DNA of 64,000 nucleotides, taken from Podarcis melisellensis. Its lineage: Eukaryota. The stretch is taken from the NCBI GenBank assembly GCA_964234715.1, contig OZ174276.1. One strand, written 5' to 3'. Below are positions 47,680 through 60,910 of this stretch, piece by piece. The notes beneath the pieces were generated by a model, which saw only the letters and a program-made list of their open reading frames with translations, made no database searches and had not been told where the DNA came from. Within the stretch, counting starts at the first letter, position 1, and each line of letters begins with the position of its first letter. Position numbers and translations under genes: made by a program.

Positions 47680-48770
47680 TGCTGGCCTGGCCGGATGAGC
47701 CTGAGCGTAATTTAATTGGGAAGACGTTTCAGCAGGTAGCCATAGTCATTCCTTGCCTTTCCTTGATCAAGGAGATTCTTCCCTCGCCTCGCCTGCCCGC
47801 TCGCAAAGCGGCAGCAGGAGCCGGCGGCCCGCCTGCCCGCATAATGCGTTGTTTATTAGCCCGCGCGCCCTTCTCCGCCTGTAACTCCGTCGGGCCGCCT
47901 GCAGCAGCTCGGCTAATACAATGGCGTTTAATAACAATATTCCACTTCCTTAAACACCACAAGTGAGTGAGCGAGCAGGCAGGCAGGCCGGCCGGCAGGC
48001 GCGGGGCCGAGCTATTCATTATACATGAGCGCAGATACCTAGTTAAATATTTGATAGGGGTTTAGAAAACCCTCGGCGCTCCGCGGCCCCTTTCTGACCG
48101 CCGCCGCCCGAGGGAAGGTAACGGAGAGAAGTCAGGGGGGCTGAGGACTTTTCATGCGCGCACAAGATGCTGAAGTTTGAGCCCCGGCGAAGCCCTGAAG
48201 GCCGACATGCGCCTGGGACTTCTCCTGGCTGTCGCTGGCCGCCGAGCGGTGCGCTGCAGAGCCAACCTCCTTCCCTTGAATCCGGTGCTTTGCTGAGGAG
48301 GAAGCATTTCCAGTTAAGCGAAAGGGGCAATGACTGGGCCTTGGGACCCGGGTCCCCGTCCGCCCCACAGGCTGCGCCCCACACAGTTCTGGGGTCTCTG
48401 GGGCTGGCTACTCCTTCTTTCCGCTCTCTCTCTCTGCCTGCGTGCTGCTGTGGGAATGATAATGGCCTCCTTCTTCAGGGATGAGCGCCACACTTTGCAA
48501 ATGAGGAGTTCCACATGCATGATTAATAGAGGCTAAACTAGTCAAAGGAAAGGCCAGGAGGAAGGGGCCGCGCAAGACGCGCTAATGAAGGGGCGACCTT
48601 CCAGGTTAAGGAATCAAAGGCAAATATTGCTCTAGACTTAAATCTCGCCCGTATTCTATAGACTAAACCCAAACGGAGGCATATGTAAATACGCGGCCGC
48701 CGTTTCGAAATCAAAAGGCCCAGAGGTGTTCTGCGGGAAGTGGCGCCGGTTCAGTGGGACCGGTTCAGCG
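47680..48770. promoter_or_regulatory. Orphan CpG island with homeobox/SOX motif clusters (enhancer-like)
   Basis: CpG-dense non-TE sequence interleaved with TAATTTAATTG, TTTATTAG, TAATACAATGG, AACAAT and GATTAAT. Confidence 0.7.
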
Positions 48771-49774
48771 GAGATGTTATGTTCTGGGGGGTAAGTGGGC
48801 ATTTCACCAATATACTCAAGGCTCCCGATCAATTGGAGGGAGGGCCGTGGGGGTGCCTGGGAGTCTCCAGTATGAGGTAGGCATTCATCCTCATTTTAAA
48901 ATCCCAGCACATATTTGTGGATATATATTTTTAATCTACCCTTCCTCCAAGGAGTTCAGGCTGACAGGTGTACATTGCTCTCTACCCCCCACTTTTCATC
49001 CTGTTTGGCTGTGCGTGTCTGTGAGTGTGTAATTGTCCTCTGCTCCACCAAGTCCAGTCCAGCATCCAGACATTGCAGGACAGTCAATACTGTATTCTGT
49101 TCATCACTCTTATTGCATTTATTTATTATATCTCTCTCTCTCACCCCAAAGAGATCTACTTAGTGCTACATGGGGTTCCAGGTGGTCTCCCATCCAGATG
49201 CTAACCAGACCCACATCTGCTTAGCATAGCAAGCTGGGCCTCAGACTTATTTCCTGAGACTGTCACCTGGGAAACTGGCCACTGCTTCTTTGACTTGTGA
49301 CAAGGGAGCAGCCACTAGGAGAAGCAGCATGCTGTAGTAGTTAGAATGTTGGATTTTGACTGGGATGGGCTCAGTTCAAATCCCAGCTTGGCAGTAAAGC
49401 TTGCTAGGTGAACATGAGCCACTCATTCTCTTCAGTGGTTTCGTGTAGATGTCAGACTGGGTGTGGAACAAGATCCTGTCCCAGTTTCTCAACACAGCAG
49501 GTTGCTAGTGCTTACCAAGAAGAGAGGGGAAAGGCCTAGGGAGCTTGGCACAGTGTGGTCCGTAATGTTGGCATCACTCTGATGGTCTCAGAACCAAATG
49601 GTCTCAGAACCAATTGCTGGTTGCATCTGATCAAGTCATTCTCTGTGAAGATATGCCTGTAGACATATGCAGACCTAGGAGGTGAATTCAGCCTGGAAAT
49701 CCAGGTTCCAGTTGGAGCACAGTGGTTTCTGGAACCAACTCAGAACCTACAACATTTTGGCAAACTCTGTTTCA

Positions 49775-50130
49775 ATAATAATAATATAAAAATAATAATA
49801 AATAATTTATTTATACCCCACCTATCGGGTTGGATTTCCCCAACCACTCTTGGTGACTTCCTGCAAAATATTAAAATACAATAATTCATCAAATATTAAA
49901 AGCTTCCCTAAACAGGGCTTCCTTCAGATGTCTTCTAAAAGTCTGGTAGTTGTTTCTCTCTTTGACATCTGGTGGGAGGGCGTTCCGCAAGGTGGGTGCC
50001 ACTCCCAAGAAGGCCCTCTGCCTGGTTCCCTGTAACTTCGATTCTCACAGTGAGGAAACCACCAGAAGGCCCTTGGCACTGGACCTCAGTGGAGACACTC
50101 CTTCAGGTATACTGGGCCGAGGCCGTTTAG
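49775..50130 (-). mobile_element. L2-clade LINE 3' end
   Basis: (TAA)n tail plus the same motifs as 3800-4430. Confidence 0.8.
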
Positions 50131-50894
50131 GGAGGAGCATGGGGGGAAAGGATGGCCTTTGGTCATGCTTGCTAGGTCTTGCTTTGCAAGCCAGGTGGCT
50201 TGATAATGTCGCTAACTCCTTGTCATCTTCATGGTCTCAGAGCGTGAGCTGAGAGGGCTTGTGCAAACTGAGAAATGTCACCCAAGTACCTGATGCTACT
50301 GCACGTCCCTAGCTGGAGAGGATTGCTGATTGCATTCTAGATTCCATATTGCATCCCACTCCAGAGAATGAATCCATTCCCAACTCCAGCAAAGCTTTTT
50401 AGAGCAGAGCTACAAGTGGTGGCACTCATCTCTTATGTAGATGAATAATCATTGCAGCATATATTTTTTAAAAAACCATCAAAATTCTGGGCCAAAAAAG
50501 CTACATCCTGCAACCTGTATGTATTATGCAAATCCAGCACAATTGCAAGGATTTGCTTTTGGGCAAGATTTATTTGGCTTCTGTTCATCATAGAGAGAGT
50601 AAAAGAGCTATGTGGGGCACTGAAGATGTGCTCGCTGATGACTGAAAATCCTATTCAGATTTTGTCAGATGATTGCTGAAACGATGACGCAGGGCTTCTT
50701 TTCTACACACAGTGCCTGGCTTCGGCACTTAGTCAGTGCCTGGCTGCAATAATGGGCTGGACTTGGGTGAGCATACTGAGGCTCAATCCAGAAAACAGAT
50801 GAAGGCATTTGGGTGCAATTCTGGGTTTCGCAATGAAGCTGAGGGCGTACAAAAGAAAGCACTTCTCTTCCGGATAGACAAAAGAAAGTAGATT

Positions 50895-51155
50895 GGTGGT
50901 TGCCAACTTGGATGGCTTTAAAAGAGGATTCTTCAAATTCATGGAGGATAAGGATATTCGTAGCTACTAGCCATGATGGCTGTGCTCTGCCTTCACCCTT
51001 GGAGGCAGTATGCTGAATATCAGCTGCTGGCAATTGTAAGTGGGAAGAGGGCTGTTTTGCCTAGGTCCTGCTTGTGGGCTTCCTGGGGACACTGGGTTGG
51101 CCACTGAGAACAGAATGCTGGACTAGAAGTGCCAATGGCCTGACCCAGCAGGACA
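50895..51155 (+). mobile_element. CR1-type LINE 3' end
   Basis: gccaacttggatggctttaaaagaggatt...aaattcatggaggataagg...gaatgctggactaga. Minus relatives at ~29200-29430, ~44270-44360, ~57120-57345 and ~62575-62720. Confidence 0.7.
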
Positions 51156-51501
51156 CATGTTGTAACTGTTAGGAGGTGATTCATCTGCTCAGGCAAGTCA
51201 TGTTCTGGAGGAGGTTGCGCTCATCGTGGACAACCAAGTTTGGAGGTGCTCATTGATCCATCTTTGTCACTCAAGGCTCCTTCTATCAGCGCCTTCTATC
51301 AGCTGCTACCCTACCTGAACAGAGAGAGTGATCTATGGCCTGGTCACCTCTAGCTTCAATTACCACGAGGCATTGTTCACAAGGCTGTTTTTAAAAATGA
51401 TTGGTAAGTTTCAGTCGGTAACAATAGGTCTGACTTGGGCTGCGTGTTATAAACATATTGTGCCAGTAGTTTGCTATCTTTGCTGGCTCCCAGTCCATTT
51501 T

Positions 51502-52910
51502 CTCCTGGGCCATATCCAGAAAGTGGTGTTGGGGGATGAGTGTTCATACCCCCGGGCTCTCACTTGTGGGGTGCCTCAGGGTTCCGTTCTCTCCCCCATG
51601 CTTTTTAACGTTTATATGAAGCCGCTAGGAGAGATCATCAGGGACTTTGGGCTGGGTATTCATCAATATGCGAATGATACACAGCTGTACCTTTCCTTTA
51701 AATCAGAATCAGTGAGGGCAGTGAAGGTCCTGTGTGAGTGTCTGGAGGCGGTGGGAGGATGGATGGCGGCTAAGAGATTGAGGTTGAATCCTGACAAGAC
51801 GGAAGTACTGTTCTTGGGGGACAGGGGGAAGGCTGGTGTGGAGGACTCCCTGGTCCTGAACTGGGTAACTGTTCCCCTGAAGGACCAGGTGTGCAGCCTG
51901 GGAGTCATTTTGGACTCACAGCTGTCCATGGAGGTGCAGGTCAATTCTGTGTCCAGGGCAGCTGTCTACCAGCTCCATCTGGTACGCAGGCTGAGACCCT
52001 ACCTGCCCACGGACTGTCTCACCAGAGTGGTGTATGCTCTAGTTATCGCTCGCTTGGACTACTGCAATGCGCTCTACTTGGGGCTACCTTTGAAGGTGAC
52101 TCGGAAATTGCAATTAATCCAGCTAGACTGGTGACTGGGAGTGGCCACCGAGACCATATAACACCGGTCCTGAAAAACCTACATTGGCTCCCAGTACATT
52201 TCTGAGCACAATTCAAAGTGTTGGTGCTGACCTTTAAAGCCCTAAATGGCCTCGGCCCTGTTGGAAAAACGCTCTGGGGGTGCCTGCAAGCCCCTGGATC
52301 TCTGAGTGTCCTCTGGTACACGCAGCTCTGGAAAAGGCATCTCCCTTCTCTTCCAGTGCACTTATAGCAACATACATTATATTGATACATGTACACTAAT
52401 CTTCTGGCACAACACAGCAAGAAGAGTGAGACATTGTAGAGCTAATCTACTTATTTACACACTATGTACAGACAAAAGCATAATGGCGTCCGTTCTCTCC
52501 AGCTCCGAGAGAACAAACAAACAAACAAAAGCGAAAGTACAGTGTAATAGTACCCTCAGCGGTGGAAGAGATAAGTGTATTCCTTTCCCAGAGTCGTCCC
52601 AGACAAGCATGTGATTTACAACAATCTCATCTGCAGCATTGGAGGAGTGAAATTGCTAACATCCCCTGTATACCTGAAGGAGCCTCTCCACCCCCACCGT
52701 TCAGCCGGGACACTGAGGTCCAGTGCTGAGGGCCTTCTGGTGGTTCCCTCACTGCAAGAAGTGAGGTTACAGGGAACCAAGCAGAGGGCCTTCTTGGTAG
52801 TGGCGCCTGCCCTGTGGAACGAAGTTTTTAATGTTTAATGCTGTATCATGTTTTTAATATTCGGTTGGGAGCCGCCCAGAGATGGGTGGGGTATAAATTA
52901 TTATTATTAT
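51502..52910 (+). mobile_element. 5'-truncated L2-clade LINE with RT domain (interrupted by a solo LTR, nested in an older L2)
   Basis: ORF 51328-52134 contains GVPQGSVLSPMLFNVYM, HQYANDTQLY (YADD changed to YAND), RLRLNPDKTE and RLDYCNAL; (TTA)n tail at ~52897-52912. Confidence 0.92.
52259..52661 (-). mobile_element. Solo LTR, copia-like (403 bp)
   Basis: TGTT...AACA termini; cleanly interrupts the L2 sequence; shares tgttggaa, aatcta..tatttaca and gtacaga motifs with LTR 1700-2177. TSD imperfect. Confidence 0.72.
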
Positions 52911-53242
52911 TATTCCCAGATCAAAGTGTTGATTTTGGCCTTCAAAGCCCTTCACAGCTTGGGACCACTGATGTATCTGAAGGAACACCTCTTCTCTCGT
53001 GTAGCTCCTTGAGACTGTCATCCGACAATCCACTCTAAGTGGCCCCTCAGTTGTGGAACGCTCTCCCATCTGACACCTTATTAATGTCCTTCAAAGTGCC
53101 ATGCAAAGACCTTTTAATTTTCTTGGGCTTTGTAAATTAGGTTTATAGTTTCAGACTACTTTAAATCTCTGGATTTTTATTTTTCTTCTCCTTAGAAGCA
53201 TAGAATCATGGACTTGGAAGGGATCCTGAGGGTCATCTAGTC

Positions 53243-53556
53243 CAGTGTTTTTCAACCTTTTTTGGGCAAAGGCACACTTGTTTCATGAAAAAAATCACGA
53301 GGCACACCACCATTAGAAAATGTTAAAAAAATTAACTCTGTGCCTATATTGACTATATATAAAGTAATTCTCTTGAATAGGAATCAAATAAACACAAAGT
53401 ATTTTATAATTACTTTATTATGAAATAGTAAGTAAACAGAAATATGAAAAATTATAACATACTTTATTTTAAAATCTTTCGAATTTTTCCCACGGCACAC
53501 CAGGCAACATCTCACAGCACACTAGTGTGCCGCGGAACAGTGGTTGAAAAACACTG
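53243..53556. mobile_element. hAT (Charlie-like) MITE (314 bp) inside a CR1-type tail
   Basis: 15-bp TIR CAGTGTTTTTCAACC; perfect 8-bp TSD ATCTAGTC. Confidence 0.93.
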
Positions 53557-54049
53557 ATCTAGTCCAACCCCCTGCAGTGCAGGAATCTCAGTACATGGTT
53601 CCCCACCCAATTTGAAACCATACCGGACTCAGTTTAGCTTTGCAAATATGCTAGCAGTTTTAGTGTTCACCCTTGTTTTAATTGAATTTTGCAAATTCTC
53701 TCTTAGTGTTGCTCTAAGTTTTGAAGAATTTTAAAATAGCGATATTGTATTAGCTGTATTTTGATGTAGTTTTGTTTGTTTCAATCCCTGTAAGCCTCCC
53801 AGAGAACTTTGGTTATAGGATGGTCTATAAATCATTAGAATGAATAAGTGTTTCTTTGGCCATTGATTGCTGCTCTCAGGAAGACCTTGGATCCCTGGTG
53901 CCCTAGTTTTGCCTCATAAAGGCTGATAGGATGTGTTATAGTAGATAACGTCCCACTTGGGCCAAGAAGGCATGACTACACCACAAAGCCCAGACAAGGA
54001 AAAGATGGTTGCCAGCCAAACAAAGAGAGGCCCCGCTGAGTATCTCATC

Positions 54050-54510
54050 AGACCAAGACATCTCAGTCCATGCTCATTTCTCATGCAAGTCGTTTAACAG
54101 GCGGTTAATCCCCGTCCAATCTCCCCCACCCGACACAATCCAATTTAATTTAGAGAAAAATCACACAAAGGCTGTAACATCCAGCTTATCCCTTGAAATG
54201 CAATCGCTCTGTAGAAAAGAATTAATTTTTAATTCCATCTTAATTACTCGGAGTAATAATCCATTTACACAGACCAGCACGGTCAGCCACATGCATTCCA
54301 TCGCTCCGGAGGGCTGGAGTCATGTGACTAATGCCCTTGTCAGCTGACCAGCTGAACTAATCAATCAGAGGCGATTATTATGCCAGGTGCCCTGAGAGAG
54401 TCTGGAGCCTTTGATTAGTCCCTTCGGATTGTGCGGCTGCCTCTTCCCCATTGCTCACATTTAATTAGTAATTATTTTGGCACTAAGCAGCCCTGTGAAA
54501 CTGCCTTTGC
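54050..54510. promoter_or_regulatory. Enhancer-like non-coding block
   Basis: Many TAAT/TAATTA cores, TGATTAG and TGTCAGCTGAC in TE-free sequence. Confidence 0.5.
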
Positions 54511-54818
54511 TGTGATGACCCAAGCCTTAGCTTTGGACAAATAAACCACCTCCCTTTAATAGGAACCAGGATTGGGACAATACTATTTATCTCCTCATCT
54601 ATCACACCTCTCTACATTGCTCTTTAAACTTGACACCAGCCTTTGCCATTCTGTTTTTGGATCCTCCAACTGACCACCTCTGTGAATGTTCTCCCAGGTT
54701 TCCTCTCATTCTGCTCTCTTGCTTCTTTGACATGCCGTATTTTGGTTCCTCCAGTTCTCTGCTCACAGGCAGGCTGGTAGCTGTGAATGTGATGCAGGCT
54801 GATGATTAGGGTCTAAAC

Positions 54819-55017
54819 CAGAACTTTCTAAACTTTTCATGTTAGTGACACACTTTTTAGACCTGCAGCATTTCGTGACACAGTGATTCAGTTTTACTAG
54901 CAAACCAAACCAGCCCCCTTCCAGCCCTGGGAGGAGCATGGGGAGCATTCACGCGACACACCTACACACTGCAGCCGACACACTAACGTATCACAACACA
55001 CAGTTTGGAAAGCTCTG
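54819..55017. mobile_element. hAT MITE (199 bp)
   Basis: TIR CAGA(A/G)CTTTC(T/C)AAACT; perfect 8-bp TSD GTCTAAAC. Confidence 0.9.
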
Positions 55018-58000
55018 GTCTAAACTGAGCTGGACCTTGTTGCTATAGTTCACACCGGCAGGCCTTCGTTCTGGTAAGCAGCCCTTACCTAAATTAATTG
55101 TTGGTGGGCCAGGTTCTGACAACCATATCTGCATCCCAAACAATCAGCCGTGGTGCTTTTAAAATATAGATGGAAATGCAGAAGGTGTCAGTGCAGCAAC
55201 CACTATGGAAGATGTAGGTTTGCCCATTTTTACTTTCTGCCAAGGCTGCTGCAGGCATCTCAGCTATGATCCAATCAGTGCAGACTGGAAGTCTCTAGCC
55301 CCAATACAAGGCTTTGGTTTAGTTCTTCTGACCCTGTTCTTCAATTAGTCTTGCCCCATGCTTTCCTGATTCCATCTGGCTGTTTGCCAAGGGAGATAAA
55401 TCACATACAAAATGTGTTGGTGCCTTGATCCCACATCCCCATGCATGCTGACAATAACAGTGAAGGGTATCTTGTTAAGTGAGGAAGGGGGCTTGTTCAC
55501 TGCTCCCCTACCTGGCCTTGCCTGCTCCATTGCCCTGTTTGAAACTCTTGGGTATAGTCCTTAGAGCCAAAGATAAAAAGCAGACCCACATAGGGTAAAA
55601 GATGAGAGGCGGACACAAATCTATTCCTGTGACTGCAATTTATTTTCAAAGTTTTAAATGCTGAATTTTAAATTCCTCCGATGTGCCCTATGACATAATA
55701 GTGAAGGGTGGGTAATCAATTGAATCATCACTATCATCTGTGACTAGTATTTCCAACAACACCCCTCCCTTCGGAGCAAGCTGGGGGGGGGCTGGTTAGT
55801 TCAGGGCTGTGGTGGTGGGAGGAGATTTAACCCTTTCTCCACACAGCTTTCCAGTTTCAAAATTTCCCCTAAAGCTACTTTCCTCACTGGGGCAAACATA
55901 ACCAATAGCCGAATATGGCTTTGGATGGGGTGAATTAGATCAGGAAAGTACGCTGTACAGCATTCTCCATTTCTCCCAGGGGTGAGAAGTTCAGCGGCAG
56001 TGTTACAGGGTTTACTTTCCTTTGGATGAGAGACAGAGCCCTGGAGAGTAGTGGTGTCTTTGTAATATTTCTGTTATTTACAGGAATACAAGCTGCACAC
56101 ATTGTGGAAACAAGTAGCCTCCTACAGCACCAGAGCTACAGCTGTACCTGCACCAGTTGCTCTAAACAACAGAGTGGAACTCTGCACTCCCACCAGTCTG
56201 ATTCCAGGCCAGCTAAACCCACAACTCTCTCTCCTACCTGACTGAGGCTTTCATAGAACTCAGGAGCTTGCTCATTATATTGTGAGGTTTTGGTTGTTGT
56301 TGTTTAAAAAGAGTACTGTCCTAGTAGGTTGATTTTGGCTTTTCTAACAGACCAAGCAGCTCTGCAGCTTTGCTCTCTGCATCTCTCATATGTCTTCTTC
56401 GTTCCTTTCTATCCATGCCTGAGCACTGATTTCAGACCTCCTTGCCATGCAGATAAATTGCCCATTAAGGAAAACATGTCCAATCATTAGCTCTCATTGA
56501 GGAAACATTAACCAATCATCCCTGACTAGCAACAAGCAATCAGGTTAACAAAGGATGGACACCCAGAGGCCACAACAACACTAATCCCAGGAACTGGTCT
56601 ATGGCTGGAAGCACTTTTTCCTATTGAATTAAAACCTGCTCTGCACTTGCTATGGGTATGTGCATGCAGGAGCAGAGCTGATAAGGCCAGGAAGCTGTCA
56701 CCTTGGGTGGCACTGCAAGCATGTCCTTCCCTTCATCCCCACTCCAGGCTGCTGCACAAAACAACTACCTGGATTTCCCATGCATCCCACTGATAAGCCC
56801 TCTGAATGCTCTCTGTAAACAGACAGGCCTTTCTACCAAGGGGGAAGGAAGGTGGGAAGCAGCAAAGGGAGGCTCAGAATGAGCAATAAAATCAGAAGAC
56901 CAACCCCCAAGAATATACAGCCACCATGTGCCACTTTCTGCCTCAGGATATAGGGCTTTTGGCCCCAGACTGAAAGTTCCTAAAGTTGTTTGGGGCTGCC
57001 GAGGAGCACCCATCTCCTCTGAACTATATTTGAGCCAGGCTGCCATAGACCCTCAGAGTGCAGTAAGGCTGGCACCAGGAGTCCGAAGAAAGAAGATTAA
57101 GCATTATTGTCCTCCCCTCTTATAAGAACATCAGAAGAGCCTTGCTGGTTCAGGCAAAGGTCCATCTATTCCCCACACTCTTTTCAGTGGCCAACTAGAT
57201 GCCTCTAGGAAGTGCCCAAGCAGAACCTGAGCACAACAACGCTCCCTCTACCTGTGGTTCCCAGGTATTCAGAGGCAGAATATAGTCGTTGTGGCTAGGA
57301 GCCACCATAGTCTTATCCTCTATGAATTTGTCTAATCCTCTAGTTTGTCTAATCTGTCCTTTTTGCTTGTGTCTGTGTCTTCCAAAGGAGAGATGAGATG
57401 CGAGGGAAGCCAGCTGTGACTCATCTGGCCTGGTCAGGAGACCCCAGTCTGAGCACTCTTTTCCTTAATTCTAAGACTATGTTGTCCCACCCACCCCTGT
57501 TTTGCACCTGGCTGTGGTAGGTGTACTTAGGGCTTCTTGTTCTAAACAGATCCCACAAGCCTGAAACCTGCCTGCCTCTTGTAAGAAGCCAGAGGAGGAG
57601 AGACAGGCTTCTCTGTGCTTGGCACAATGCACAGATCAACAAGTGACAAGAGTCCTGTGCATTGACTGCCATAATGCTAATAAAGAGAATAAAATAACCA
57701 TGGCGAGAGTTCGGGTAGGATTCCCAAAGAAGCCACCAATTACAGTTTATGGCTGCAGTGGGGCTGGGGGAGTCAGCTGCAATGGAAAAGATAAAAGCCT
57801 TCTGCCTCGGTGGATCAGTCTGAGTTGAATTGGTGGACCCAGAGGGAGCTAACAGAAGTGGCCACTCAGGACTTTCCCCACATTGCATGCTGGGACGCTG
57901 GATGAAACGCTCCAGCCCTGATTGCTTCTGCGCTATGTGAGGAGGGGGTGGTGTTGATAGCTGAGTAGTAGTTAATGCTAAACGTTTGCGTAGATCAGCC

Positions 58001-60132
58001 ACTTTGCAGTTTCCATGGTCATGCGCAATATCTGATCAAAATGGATGTCTGCAATGGAGCTCTGCCATCTAGCAAGGTCCATCTGGTTCCTGGCACACTA
58101 GATGCAAAGAAGAGTCTCTCCATGGTTCCCCACTCCCCTCCCTTCTTCTGCTCACTACAGGGGAGGCAACTGCAATCTGCGAATCTTAGACAAGGATGTT
58201 GTTGTTAAGAACAGGAGCAGAGAAAGGAAACAAATTGGAGTTTAATGATGACCTTCTTCGTCATCAAAGTGCCGTCTAGGAACTGCGGGAAAACAGAAGA
58301 ATTTAAGCAGCCTTTTCACTAAAGGGTTTTTCCCCGCAACCTAACACAGGCCCATGGGTTAATTATAGCTCCCTTCTTGCCTAATTGCACCTCACTATGG
58401 GAATTCATTGTTTGTGGCCCTTTCCTACAGCTCTTGGCTGGAAAAATAGAAGCTTATCGGAGGGGGAAAGTGGCTGAAACACTATGTCTGCATTGATTCA
58501 AAGGCACATGGAGAATTGGCACCAGTTTATCCAACCTATGGCAGTGTGTGTGTCTGTGTGTGTATTGGGGGAATGGAAATCTTGTGGGCTGTTGCTGCCA
58601 GTGAAGTGAAAGTGAGGAGGAAAAGGAGAGATAAGGGGCAGAGGTGAAAAATAGGACCAAAAAAAAGCTGAGATAATGCAATGCAGAGAGACCGAAGGCT
58701 AGGGAGACAGCACTATTCATCTGTTTGTTGATTTCATAAAATTTATACGCTACTTGATTGTAAAAACCAAAGAAAAAGAAAAACCTCAAAGTAGTTTACA
58801 AAAATGGGATACAGTAGGGAAAGAGGGTATTTATTGTGCAGAGACTGTTTTTTTGTTTTGCTGAGCTCCTCCAAATAAACCACAATGTGAAGTTGACATT
58901 TGTTCTTGGCATGCCAGAGGAGGTGCAAAACCAGAGGGATCTCCACGTTTGTGGTAAAATGTGCCCTCTGAACTCAAGTTGAAGGGATTTTCACTGAAAT
59001 GTGCAATAAATTTGTGCATTCCCAAAATCTCAGGAGTTTTAATTTCTAAATGAATGTACTCTTTTGGAGGAATGGGCTTCTGTACCAGCACACAAAGTAG
59101 GTTTTAAAGGTTTGTGCATCAAAATTTTTACACTCAAAACATCCTAAACATGCTTAGTGCTAGATCAGCTATGAAGAACTGTCACTGACTTATTTGGTGA
59201 AAATTGCCTCTCACTGTGATATTCTCACGAAGAAGTAAAAAATGTTAAAAAGAAATTCTCAGACTTTTAGTTTGCATAATTTACTCATGTAAGGCATTTG
59301 GAATATTTTTGTACTAGATGAAAAATAAGCATAAAGGAAGTGTGGAAGCTGCCTTATACTGAATCAGACTATTGGTTCATCTGGCTCCATATTGTCTACC
59401 CTGGGTGGCAGTGACTCTCCAAGATTTGAGACCGGAGATTTGGACCTCAGACCTTCTGCATGCAAAGTAGATAATCTACCACTGAGCTAGAAAAACCCTC
59501 AAAGGGAAAGCTTTGGAGAAGGAGGGATTCTTCAGGAACTGCATCATGGTAATATTCTAATCTTCATAGCTCTGTGTCTGCCTGCCTATTGTTTAGCCTT
59601 CAACATTTTAACTATGACAGATTATTAGTGAGAATGCATATTTGTTTCCTTTCACTCCTGAATTTGTGTCCTGTTTTCAGTAAATAAACCTCTTTTGTCA
59701 TGCACGATTATCCACTTTGCCCCCGGGAAATTCACAAACTCTGTCCTAAATCCACATAAGCTGTAAACTCTTTGGTTTTCCCTAACTTCAGTAACAGTGT
59801 TTGAAAGAGTGGGTGGTGCAACAGAGATCCCTCTAGGTTAAGGGAGAATGAAATACTTAGACATCAGATCAATTTGGCTCCAGTTTTTACAGGGAAGGGC
59901 TGTGTTAATATTATTATTTATTAAATTCAGCAAATCAGTGGTGGAGGATTTGCTTTGCATGCATTAAGTCCCAGATTCAGTCTCCAGCATTTCTAAATAG
60001 GGCTAGGGAAGACTCCTCAGTGAATTTCTGGAGTGCCACTGCCAGACAGTGTAAATACTGACCTATATGGACCAATGGCCCTATTTATTTAGACCAGGGA
60101 TGGGGAAGCTGTGGCCCTTCAGATGTCAATTG

Positions 60133-60825
60133 TGTGGGAAAATTTAAACCTCCCATCCCATGTGTGTGGGAGAAATACAAAAGTAAGCAGGCTGTGAAGC
60201 CTTTCTAGCAGAGTAAAAACACTTATGTATTTTGCGGCTTACAAGAGCTAAGGAATTAGGCAGTTATACTTTTCCCTTTTATTTGTGGTTTGCTGACCTT
60301 CCCCTCTTCATCCCCCGTTGCACAGAATAAACCACACATTTTAGTAAGATAAACAAAAAGGTTTACTTGCATTTCAATGCAGACAGCAAATACAACAAAA
60401 TAGTGTGAAGAAAAATGCTTCTAAGTTACGGTAAAATAGAAGTTGGTAGTCACTCTTAGCTAACATGGCTAAAAGCACAAACTTTAGCCATGCCCATCTG
60501 GTCAGCTTGGAAGCATGGTGGAAAGAGAGAGTCTCCTCACAGATGGAAGGAAATATAAAGGATTGTCTTACTTGTTACATGAGTGATGGCCAAACTTGGC
60601 CCTCCAGCTGTTGTTCGACTGCAACTCCCATCATCCCTAGCTAACAGGACCAGTGGTCAGGGATGAGGGGAACTGTAGTCCTAAAACAGCTGGAGGCCCA
60701 CCCAGAGGAAGCAAAGGAAGTTACTATGCACAGAGGGTCCTCTCTAGGAAGTTTAAGAACTCTGTGTACTAGCCCTGTGCTTGTCTAGCAAAACATGCAT
60801 TTGTGATTTGGCTGCAAACCCCACA
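60133..60825. mobile_element. Solo LTR with 5-bp TSD, containing a MITE and itself inserted in a MITE
   Basis: TGTGGG...CCCACA termini; TSD AATTG at 60128-60132 and 60826-60830. Confidence 0.8.
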
Positions 60826-60910
60826 AATTGTACTCCAGGGCCCATCCTCCCTCACCACTGGCCATGCTGACTGGGGCTGATGGAAGTTAGCATTCAGAAA
60901 GGTCTGGAGG

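Noticed and set aside
49582-49613. Perfect 16-bp tandem duplication atggtctcagaaccaa
   Set aside because: Ordinary slippage or repair duplication with no further structure.
51328-52134. 268-aa reverse transcriptase ORF as a functional gene
   Set aside because: Chimeric read-through from an older L2 into a 5'-truncated copy; catalytic YADD is YAND; frameshift and LTR insertion downstream.
59500-59850. LTR-like remnant with AATAAA
   Set aside because: No definable termini or TSD.
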